NCBI GenBank assembly: GCA_022560555.1 | Contig: JADFSZ010000073.1 | Span: 1 to 8,338 of the forward strand | Reading direction: 5' to 3' | From: PVC group bacterium | GTDB lineage: Bacteria > GCA-001730085 > JADFSZ01 | DNA length: 8,338 nucleotides | Part shown: positions 1 through 5,972 of the stretch, piece by piece | Layout of the letters: every line of letters starts with the position of its first letter | Numbering within the stretch: position 1 is the stretch's first letter | Notes under the pieces: model-generated | Told to the model about the DNA's origin: nothing | What the model saw: the letters and a program-made list of their open reading frames with translations, nothing else | Database searches by the model: none | Position numbers and translations under genes: made by a program

Positions 1-1
1 C

Positions 2-394
2 GATACCGCAAAAGAAGCTTTAACTTCCGGGATTGAAGCGATGACTACTGCCAATCGTTTGAGTGACATTTGCGCGTCTATACAGAAGGTGATTGAAGGT
101 CATGGGTTTTCTATTGTGAGAGACTTTGTCGGACACGGTATCGGCTCAGAGCTTCATGAGGATCCCCAAATTCCGAATTTTGGTGAACCGGGGCACGGCG
201 CGCGCATTAAAGAAGGAATGGTTTTTGCTATTGAGCCGATGGTGAACGCGGGTTGTGCTGATGTCAGAATTGATAATGATGATAAGTGGACTGTCAAAAC
301 CGTGGATAAAAAACCGTCAGCCCATTTTGAACATACGGTAGCCCTTACCCATAAAGGGCAGGAGATATTAACATGGCGAAAGACGCACCCATAG
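2..394 (+). CDS. map: Methionine aminopeptidase type I, C-terminal part (5' end lies outside the window)
   Basis: The frame is open from base 2, so the listed 41..394 ORF is only the part after an internal Met. The translation contains MetAP-I hallmarks ([43 protein letters not shown]). Its position just upstream of infA matches canonical synteny. Confidence 0.93.
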   Translation, partial: DTAKEALTSGIEAMTTANRLSDICASIQKVIEGHGFSIVRDFVGHGIGSELHEDPQIPNFGEPGHGARIKEGMVFAIEPMVNAGCADVRIDNDDKWTVKTVDKKPSAHFEHTVALTHKGQEILTWRKTHP

Positions 395-591
395 AAGTTG
401 AGGGTGTCATAGTTGAGCCCCTGAGTAACGCGATGTTTCGTGTGGAGCTGGAGAACGGACATCAAGTGATCGCGCATATTTCCGGAAAAATGCGAATGCA
501 TTATATTCGAATATTAGCGGGTGACAAAGTGAAACTGGAAATGTCCCCGTATGATTTAACGAAAGGAAGAATCGTTTATCGGTACAAGTAA
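373..591 (+). CDS. infA: Translation initiation factor IF-1
   Basis: The 72-aa product [72 protein letters not shown] is a typical full-length IF-1 S1-fold protein. GGAG at 361-364 lies 8 nt upstream of the ATG. The start overlaps the map 3' end by 22 nt. Confidence 0.97.
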   Translation: MAKDAPIEVEGVIVEPLSNAMFRVELENGHQVIAHISGKMRMHYIRILAGDKVKLEMSPYDLTKGRIVYRYK

Positions 592-654
592 AGAGTTTAG
601 AAGTGAGAGAACAGAGGCCGGAAACGATTTAAGAAAAGAATTTGGAGAAGTAAC

Positions 655-768
655 ATGAAAGTAAGACCGTCAGTAAAACGTATGTGTGAACAGTGTAAAA
701 TTATTAAACGTCACGGCGTTGTTAGGGTTGTGTGTCCAAACCCAAAGCACAAACAGCGCCAAGGATGA
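655..768 (+). CDS. rpmJ: 50S ribosomal protein L36 (zinc-ribbon form); below the ORF-track length cutoff
   Basis: Manual translation gives [37 protein letters not shown] (37 aa), a textbook L36 with C11/C14/C27/H32 ligands. GGAG at 644-647 lies upstream of the ATG at 655. Its position between infA and rpsM is canonical. Confidence 0.95.
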   Translation: MKVRPSVKRMCEQCKIIKRHGVVRVVCPNPKHKQRQG

Positions 769-780
769 AATGCCGTTATT

Positions 781-830
781 CGTAAATCGTAAATGGTAAT
801 TCTGTAAATCGTAAATTGTAAATTGTAAAT
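781..830. repeat. Tandem heptamer array [C/T]GTAAAT, about 7 copies
   Basis: Read directly: CGTAAAT(781) CGTAAAT(788) GGTAATT(795, degenerate) CTGTAAAT(802, 8 nt) CGTAAAT(810) TGTAAAT(817) TGTAAAT(824). It is intergenic between rpmJ and rpsM. Confidence 0.9.
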
Positions 831-842
831 GGCAAAAAAAGA

Positions 843-870
843 GAGACAAGAGACAAGAAACAAAAGACAA
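843..870. repeat. Tandem heptamer array RARACAA x4 inside a 53-nt T-free A/G/C tract (831-883)
   Basis: Read directly: GAGACAA(843) GAGACAA(850) GAAACAA(857) AAGACAA(864), followed by AAAGAGGAGAA. No T occurs on the + strand from 831 to 883. Confidence 0.9.
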
Positions 871-880
871 AAAGAGGAGA

Positions 881-1053
881 ACGTGATTTCGTGAGTTTTC
901 AAAACATGTTTGATTGGATTTTTTCTCCGAACTTCTTTAACCCGAAACTGGAGCCCGAGCAGCCCGTGAATGGTTTTCGAGGGGCAAAGCCCATCGGAAA
1001 TCCAGGCGAACGCCAAACTCCGAACTTACAGCGACGACGAAGGAGGAGCTAAA
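881..1053 (+). promoter_or_regulatory. Proximal rpsM 5' leader, candidate structured regulatory RNA (function unproven)
   Basis: A 10-nt direct repeat CTCCGAACTT occurs at 925-934 and 1018-1027. Segments 915-923 and 996-1004 are complementary (7 Watson-Crick plus 2 G-U pairs). There is a GGGC-AAA-GCCC mini-hairpin at 982-992. CUCC-containing segments are complementary to the AGGAGG SD at 1041-1046. All pairings were hand-inspected only. Confidence 0.3.
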
Positions 1054-1437
1054 GTGCCAAGAATTGTTGGAATTGATATCCCGAAAGAAAAACGTATTGA
1101 GGCGTCCTTACGCTATATCTATGGTATTGGGCTTGTGACATCTCAGAAAATTCTAAAGACGGCCGGCATCAAGGAAGATGTCCGTGCCAAAGAGCTCACG
1201 GAAGAGGAAGTGAGCCGAATTGCGAGTGTGATTCAAAAGAATTTTAAGGTTGAAGGAGATTTAAAACGGGAACGTACAGGGAATGTCAAACGACTGATGG
1301 ATATCGGTTGCTACAGAGGGCAGCGTCATAAAAAAGGTTTGCCCGTGCATGGTCAAAGGACTCATACAAATGCCCGGACACGAAAAGGGCCGAGAAAAAC
1401 CATGGCTGGCAGAGCAAAACCGCCATCGAAAGGATAA
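1054..1437 (+). CDS. rpsM: 30S ribosomal protein S13
   Basis: From the GTG at 1054 the product starts (M)[33 protein letters not shown], matching the conserved S13 N-terminus. A perfect AGGAGG at 1041-1046 lies 7 nt upstream. The listed ORF start at 970 adds 28 non-S13 residues and has no SD. Confidence 0.94.
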   Translation: MPRIVGIDIPKEKRIEASLRYIYGIGLVTSQKILKTAGIKEDVRAKELTEEEVSRIASVIQKNFKVEGDLKRERTGNVKRLMDIGCYRGQRHKKGLPVHGQRTHTNARTRKGPRKTMAGRAKPPSKG

Positions 1438-1443
1438 TCAGTT

Positions 1444-1848
1444 ATGGTAAAACAAGCACCGAAAAAAACAATACGTGGACGTCGAAAAAAAATTGTTAAA
1501 AATGTTACGTCCGGCATTGCGTATATCAAGGCCACATTTAACAATACGATCATCACCATTGTAGATCGAAAAGGAAATACGATTTCATGGTCGTCTGCCG
1601 GAGCTGTTGGTTTTAGCGGCTCAAAACAGTCTACGCCGTTCGCGGCTCAAATTGCCGGGCAAGCCGCTGCCCGAAAAGCTATGGATCATGGAATGAAGGA
1701 AATTGAAGTCTATGTTAAAGGGCCCGGGGCCGGTCGGGAAGCGGCTATCCGCTCATTACAGGCGGCCGGACTCAATATCAGCCTTATTAAAGATATCACA
1801 CCCATTCCGCACAACGGGTGTCGTCCTCCAAAGAGAAGGCGTGTTTAA
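1444..1848 (+). CDS. rpsK: 30S ribosomal protein S11
   Basis: The translation contains [29 protein letters not shown] and [15 protein letters not shown], all S11 signatures. AGGA at 1431-1434 precedes the start. Confidence 0.97.
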   Translation: MVKQAPKKTIRGRRKKIVKNVTSGIAYIKATFNNTIITIVDRKGNTISWSSAGAVGFSGSKQSTPFAAQIAGQAAARKAMDHGMKEIEVYVKGPGAGREAAIRSLQAAGLNISLIKDITPIPHNGCRPPKRRRV

Positions 1849-1868
1849 GAAAGGAGCAAGTAAGAGAT

Positions 1869-2495
1869 ATGTCAAAATATATTGGCCCAGTATGTAAACT
1901 ATGCCGCCGGGAGGGAGTGAAGCTCTTTCTCAAAGGGAACCGGTGTGAGTCTGATAAATGCGCGATAGAGCGTAGACCTAAACCGCCCGGGATCCATGGC
2001 GCCCGACGGCGAAAAATGACGGGATATGGTCTTCAGCTCAGAGAAAAGCAAAAACTCAAAAGAAAGTACGGGCTTTTAGAAAAGCAGTTTCATCATACAT
2101 TTGTTGTGGCTGAAAAAATGAAAGGGATTACCGGATTGAATCTTCTTCAGCTTCTTGAAAGACGTATTGACAATCTTGTGTTTCGTGTGGGCCTTGCGAA
2201 TTCCCGCCGGCAGGCCAGGCAAATGGTGAAGCACGGTTGGTTTTTTGTGAATGGCCGAAAAGTGGATCTTCCGGGATTTACCTTAAAAGAAGAAGACGTA
2301 TTGTCGGTTAAGCCAAGCGACGAGCGAAACGCGCGCTTGAAAGAGATTCGTGAATTAACGTCCAGACGTGAGAGGCCCGAATGGCTTTTGTTTGACGAAA
2401 ATGTATTTGAAACAAAGATCGCGCGCTATCCTGTTAAGGATGAGATTGACGCGAGCATTCAAGAACAGCTTATTGTTGAATTATACTCAAGGTAA
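1869..2495 (+). CDS. rpsD: 30S ribosomal protein S4 (Cys4 zinc-finger form)
   Basis: From the ATG at 1869 the product starts MSKYIGPVCKLCRREGVKLFLKGNRCESDKC, the conserved S4 N-terminus with C9/C12/C26/C31. An S4 RNA-binding domain follows (RRIDNLVFRVGLANSRRQARQMVKHGWFFVNGRKV). AAGGAG lies at 1851-1856. The listed 1818 start overlaps the rpsK 3' end and adds non-S4 residues. Confidence 0.94.
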   Translation: MSKYIGPVCKLCRREGVKLFLKGNRCESDKCAIERRPKPPGIHGARRRKMTGYGLQLREKQKLKRKYGLLEKQFHHTFVVAEKMKGITGLNLLQLLERRIDNLVFRVGLANSRRQARQMVKHGWFFVNGRKVDLPGFTLKEEDVLSVKPSDERNARLKEIRELTSRRERPEWLLFDENVFETKIARYPVKDEIDASIQEQLIVELYSR

Positions 2496-2550
2496 AAACA
2501 TCCGAAGATATTTTCGAGGATAAAGCTAGCATTAAGAAGGGAGTCTGAAT

Positions 2551-3606
2551 ATGGTTATTAAGTGGAAATGTTTCGAAATGCCGAAACGGCTTGCGTGTGA
2601 CACGGAATCTCTTACCGAAGAATATGGTAAGTTTATTGCCGAACCATTTGAGCGCGGTTTTGGACACACATTAGGGAATTCTTTAAGAAGAATCCTTTTG
2701 TCATCGTTGGAAAGTTATGCCATTACAAATATTAAGATTGACACTGTCTCTCATGAATTTACGACGATCGAAGGAGTTCTCGAAGATGTTCCCGAAATTG
2801 TCGTTAATTTGAGAAAAATTGTATTTCGTTCGTCCGTGAGAACGCCCAAAACCCTTTTTCTTAATATCAATAAAAAGGGAGATGTGTTGGCCCGTGATAT
2901 CGAGCTTGACGGGACCATCGAAATTCTCAATCCCGAGCAGCATGTGTGCACGCTTGATTCAGCCGTTAATCTCAAAATGGAACTCCATCTCGAGATTGGC
3001 CGTGGTTTTGTTCCCGCGGATCGAAACAAAAAAGAACCGCAGGTGATCGATGTGATTCCTATGGATTCCAATTTTTCTCCTGTGACGCGTGTAAATTATT
3101 TTGTTGATGACAGCCGTGTGGGACAAGTGACGGACTTTGATCGATTGATTATTGAAATCTATACAAACGGCTCGATTCATCCTCAGGACGCGCTTGTCCA
3201 TTCAGCCCTGATTTTGAAAGAACATATGGAAATTTTTGTTGATCTTGATTTAACGCCTGAAGTAGAACGTCAAGAAGTGGTTATGCAGGATCCTATGGAA
3301 CAGTTGATGAAGAAGCCCATCGATGAGCTGGAGCTTTCTGTGCGCTCGGCAAACTGTCTCACGGATGCCGAGATCAATACAATCGGAGAGCTTGTGATCA
3401 AGTCGGAGCAGGACCTGTTGAAATATAGAAATTTCGGAAAAAAGTCGCTGGATGAAATTAAGGGGATTTTACAATCCGTTGGTCTAAGTTTAAACATGCA
3501 GGTGACTGTTGAAGCGAACCCTGAGGCAAAACCTGAGGAAACAGCAGAACCTCAGGAAACAGCAGAACCTCAGGCAACAGCAGAACCTCAGGGAAAAGAA
3601 GGGTAA
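2551..3606 (+). CDS. rpoA: DNA-directed RNA polymerase alpha subunit, with a C-terminal acidic Pro-rich repeat tail
   Basis: The N-terminal domain motif FERGFGHTLGNSLRRILLSSLE is present. The alpha-CTD helix-hairpin-helix region ELELSVRSANCLTDAEINTIGELV...FGKKSLDEIK is also present. GGGAG lies 7 nt upstream of the ATG at 2551. Confidence 0.95.
   Translation: MVIKWKCFEMPKRLACDTESLTEEYGKFIAEPFERGFGHTLGNSLRRILLSSLESYAITNIKIDTVSHEFTTIEGVLEDVPEIVVNLRKIVFRSSVRTPKTLFLNINKKGDVLARDIELDGTIEILNPEQHVCTLDSAVNLKMELHLEIGRGFVPADRNKKEPQVIDVIPMDSNFSPVTRVNYFVDDSRVGQVTDFDRLIIEIYTNGSIHPQDALVHSALILKEHMEIFVDLDLTPEVERQEVVMQDPMEQLMKKPIDELELSVRSANCLTDAEINTIGELVIKSEQDLLKYRNFGKKSLDEIKGILQSVGLSLNMQVTVEANPEAKPEETAEPQETAEPQATAEPQGKEG
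3538..3591 (+). repeat. In-frame 18-nt tandem repeat x3 within the rpoA 3' end
   Basis: GAAACAGCAGAACCTCAG occurs at 3538-3555 and 3556-3573. GCAACAGCAGAACCTCAG occurs at 3574-3591, with one substitution. These encode ETAEPQ ETAEPQ ATAEPQ. Degenerate CCTGAG-containing units precede them at 3520-3537. Confidence 0.95.
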
Positions 3607-3611
3607 AAATT

Positions 3612-4103
3612 ATGCGTCATCGTAGTTTAGGATATAGAATTCAGGTCAATTCAAGCCATCGCCGGGCTCTCATTAGTAATTTGCTCGCGAGTCTTTTTAC
3701 GCATGAACGGATTAAAACAACCATATTGCACGCGAAGGCCTTGTCTCGTGAGGCGGATAAAATAATCACGCTTGCCAAAAGAAAAAATCTTCACTCGCGT
3801 CGATTGGCTGCCAAAAAACTCCGCGATAAAATAGCGCTCAAGAAGCTTTTTGATGATATCCAAGGGCGCTATGACGGACGAAAAGGGGGTTATACGCGCA
3901 TTATCAAGCTGTCCGGATATCGTAAAGGAGACGGGGCTTCCTTGGCTCTGATTGAGTTGACCGAGCGGCGTATTGTAAAAGAAGAGAAGAAAGAAAAAGA
4001 AGAGTCCGCGACAAATGTGAAACAGATCGAAGAGAAACCTGAAAAGGAATCTTTTGTGAAAAAAGTAAAAAACGCTGTTAAAAAGAAAGCGACTGCTAAG
4101 TAG
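3612..4103 (+). CDS. rplQ: 50S ribosomal protein L17, with a Lys/Glu-rich C-terminal extension
   Basis: The N-terminus MRHRSLGYRIQVNSSHRRALISNLLASLFTHERIKTT and the motif GGYTRIIKL are L17 signatures. Its position after rpoA is canonical. Residues from about 119 to 163 form a low-complexity K/E tail. Confidence 0.95.
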   Translation: MRHRSLGYRIQVNSSHRRALISNLLASLFTHERIKTTILHAKALSREADKIITLAKRKNLHSRRLAAKKLRDKIALKKLFDDIQGRYDGRKGGYTRIIKLSGYRKGDGASLALIELTERRIVKEEKKEKEESATNVKQIEEKPEKESFVKKVKNAVKKKATAK

Positions 4104-4135
4104 GGTTTCGCGGAAATATATTTCTTAGTGATGAG

Positions 4136-4173
4136 AAAAATCCTTCAAGACGGTATGTTTTGGAGGATTTTTT
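4136..4173 (+). terminator. Rho-independent terminator of the rplQ transcript, possibly weakly bidirectional
   Basis: The A-tract at 4136-4140 precedes a stem ATCCTTCAA (4140-4148) / TTGGAGGAT (4160-4168). This gives 9 pairs including one G-U, with an 11-nt loop, followed by a T-run at 4168-4173. On the minus-strand RNA the wobble becomes a C-A mismatch, so termination of the convergent gene is less certain. Confidence 0.7.
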
Positions 4174-4187
4174 ACTTTTAAGCAAAA

Positions 4188-5840
4188 TCAGCGAGAACCT
4201 TTCTTGCCCATTTGCTTTTCTTTGGTCTTTTTTTGAGTTTCCTGTGTGACACCATGGGATTTTAGTGCATTCTTCTCTTTTAATGAGGATCGTTTCATAT
4301 TCTCTTTATCTTTTAATGCACGACTCCGTTCATCAAGAGCGAGTGCGTCAATTCTTTTTTCCAACTCTTCAACTTTGCTCATCCCTTCATTTTTGTCATC
4401 GCTTGAATCTGCGGGAGTTTGCGCCGGCGGTGTATTGTCTTCGATTTGATGAAGAAGCGCGAGCCTCTTTACGGGATGATTCGGCAGCACTAGGCGAAAC
4501 AAGGCCCAGACTCCATTACCCTGTTGCACAGGAGTCGGGGTTGATGGCGATACCACAGGAACGACCTTCCGGATTTTTTTTGACTTTTCTCGGATAGTCA
4601 CGACGGATTGTGCCTGTTGTTTGCTTATGGAGGTGGTGATAATGGATTGTGACTGCTCTTTGGCTATTCGGGTGTAAGGGGCTGAGGTCAAAGTTTCTGG
4701 TGACCTGTCGAAGGCCGGGGTTTTTTCGTCCGATGAGGCTTTGACAATTTCAATGTATGTTGTTTGGATGACATAGACCTCGTCATCCACTTTGAGGGCA
4801 ACTTCTTGGGTTTTGATTCTCGTTTGAGACTCAGAAGAGCCCTTAGGTTTATCTCGAACATGGTTGACGGTCGAAAGTGTTTCGATAATCGTAATGTCCT
4901 CCTTGTTTTCTATGTCTAATTTGGACGCGAGAACGTTTCTTGCTTTAACAGCCCCCACAAGGTTATCCGAGGCTTCTAAACTTTCAATTTTCGCGATGTC
5001 CGATTCATCTTCGTTTAACTCAGCTTTTATATAGGCGGATTCATCCTGAAAACTTACTTTGATGAGCAGGACGGTGGATATGGGGCCGGTTGGTGATTTT
5101 TGAATTTTAACTTTTTCCATGCTTAAAATCGTAATCTCTTTTTCCTCTACGGACGAACCTGATGTATTCGTAAAAAGGGCGGAGGCAAAATCTAAAATAC
5201 GGTTTTCAATGGCAGCCCCTTGGGCACCGGTCATGTTGTCCAAAATGGCAGAGGCATCCTCACCTAAAGGGGCGTCTAATTCGGTATGAGCATTGGTGTC
5301 AAGAAGCTCTTCTTGTATTTCAACCAGGGCTTTTGCGCCGGGAGTTCCGGGATACAAATCCTTTTCTTCTTCAGGTTCCAATTCAATTTTTAAGGATTTT
5401 GCAAAGTTGAATAGGTACATGTTGGTGATATCCAATTCGAGCTTGCTGACATAAAGGTGTCCGTATTTTTTGAGGTTATCGGTAATGTCTTGCACGTCTT
5501 TGTCGGCTGATGTCCCGGGGTGTCCCGGAAAGATCTGGATTTTTTCATGCGTGCGGGGTACAAAAAACCGCAGGATCCACATTTTTGCCTGTTCCATGTC
5601 AAATCCACCGGCAATAACGTGAATGGGTTCGTTAAGATAATCTTTAATGTCCGGATCGACATCATCGGGGAGCTGAAATTTTTTATCGTATTTTTCACCT
5701 AAAAAGTAAAGCACATCATCTTCTTCAACAACTTTTCCTTGGATGTCGGTTTCAAAGAAACTTTTGGCTTGAGCTGAGGGAGTCCCCCATATAAGAATTG
5801 CCAGAAGAATGAGGCTTAATTGAGAAAGATGTCGTTTCAT
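4188..5840 (-). CDS. Hypothetical secreted protein, 550 aa, no family recognised
   Basis: This is a long uninterrupted ORF. GGAG lies about 8 nt upstream of the ATG (minus strand ...gaaggagattatccATG). The N-terminus MKRHLSQLSLILLAILIWGTPSAQA-KS looks like a type I signal peptide with an AxA cleavage motif. The body is acidic and the C-terminal ~70 aa are Lys/Glu-rich, probably helical. I recognise no catalytic or domain motif. Confidence 0.8.
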   Translation of the reverse strand: MKRHLSQLSLILLAILIWGTPSAQAKSFFETDIQGKVVEEDDVLYFLGEKYDKKFQLPDDVDPDIKDYLNEPIHVIAGGFDMEQAKMWILRFFVPRTHEKIQIFPGHPGTSADKDVQDITDNLKKYGHLYVSKLELDITNMYLFNFAKSLKIELEPEEEKDLYPGTPGAKALVEIQEELLDTNAHTELDAPLGEDASAILDNMTGAQGAAIENRILDFASALFTNTSGSSVEEKEITILSMEKVKIQKSPTGPISTVLLIKVSFQDESAYIKAELNEDESDIAKIESLEASDNLVGAVKARNVLASKLDIENKEDITIIETLSTVNHVRDKPKGSSESQTRIKTQEVALKVDDEVYVIQTTYIEIVKASSDEKTPAFDRSPETLTSAPYTRIAKEQSQSIITTSISKQQAQSVVTIREKSKKIRKVVPVVSPSTPTPVQQGNGVWALFRLVLPNHPVKRLALLHQIEDNTPPAQTPADSSDDKNEGMSKVEELEKRIDALALDERSRALKDKENMKRSSLKEKNALKSHGVTQETQKKTKEKQMGKKGSR

Positions 5841-5919
5841 GGATAATCTCCTTCAATGAACATATGATCGTGCGTTGTCGTGGCGATTTTCCTAAAATTC
5901 ACTTTCTATAATTCTTTTC

Positions 5920-5943
5920 AGAAATTTCTAGAAATGCAGAAAT
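5920..5943. promoter_or_regulatory. AGAAAT x3 motif cluster with overlapping palindromes, in the putative 5' UTR or operator region of the 550-aa gene
   Basis: AGAAAT occurs at 5920, 5930 and 5938. AGAAATTTCT (5920-5929) and TTTCTAGAAA (5925-5934) are both perfect palindromes. The cluster lies 80-103 nt upstream of the start codon at 5840. Confidence 0.35.
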
Positions 5944-5972
5944 TACAGACCCTGCGACATGGTTTACATACT

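Noticed and set aside
154-501. Minus-strand ORF 154..501
   Set aside because: It is antisense to the clearly identified map and infA genes, and its translation has no recognisable features.
765-785. 6-codon mini-ORF (MKCRYS) whose ATG overlaps the rpmJ TGA stop (ATGA)
   Set aside because: ATGA overlaps arise by chance frequently, and a 6-codon frame ending in the first TAA of the heptamer array carries no independent evidence.
812-829. The 11-mer TAAATTGTAAA, shared between the heptamer array (812-822, 819-829) and the intergenic region at 6021-6031, as a possible common regulator site
   Set aside because: For an 8.3-kb AT-leaning sequence, several exact 11-mer coincidences are expected by chance (roughly N squared over 2 divided by 4 to the 11th is of order several). 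This is not evidence of a shared motif.
781-870. Heptamer arrays as a CRISPR array or mobile-element terminal repeats
   Set aside because: The units are 7 nt with no spacers, far below CRISPR repeat or spacer sizes. There are no cas genes, transposase, inverted terminal repeats or target-site duplications nearby.
829-894. 21-codon ORF MAKKERQETRNKRQKEENVIS within the purine-rich array
   Set aside because: Its composition is dictated entirely by the RARACAA repeats. It has no SD and is too short to evaluate, so I treat it as part of the non-coding repeat region.
670-1016. Minus-strand ORFs 670..870 and 711..1016
   Set aside because: They are antisense to rpmJ and to the heptamer and purine-rich arrays. 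Their translations are low-complexity repeat read-through (e.g. IYDLQ, LFFCHLQFTIY) with no start context, so they are artefacts of the repeats.
970-1053. N-terminal 28-codon extension of the rpsM ORF as listed (start 970)
   Set aside because: The extension ([28 protein letters not shown]) has no similarity to S13 and no SD. The GTG at 1054 has a perfect AGGAGG 7 nt upstream and yields the canonical S13 N-terminus.
1818-1868. Upstream extension of the rpsD ORF as listed (start 1818)
   Set aside because: It overlaps the rpsK 3' end and adds 17 residues absent from S4 proteins. The ATG at 1869 gives the conserved MSKYIGPVCKLCRREG start with AAGGAG upstream.
2470-3497. Minus-strand ORFs 2470..2667, 2701..2943, 2751..3071, 2959..3201 and 3270..3497, plus 3651..3863 within rplQ
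   Set aside because: All are antisense shadows of rpoA or rplQ, which are confidently coding on the + strand.
4246-4597. Plus-strand ORFs 4246..4449 and 4265..4597, and also 5520..5702(+) and 5390..5698(-)
   Set aside because: They are embedded in or out of frame with the 550-aa minus-strand gene. Their composition is Ser/Leu/Phe-rich and typical of antisense or off-frame reads, with no start signals.
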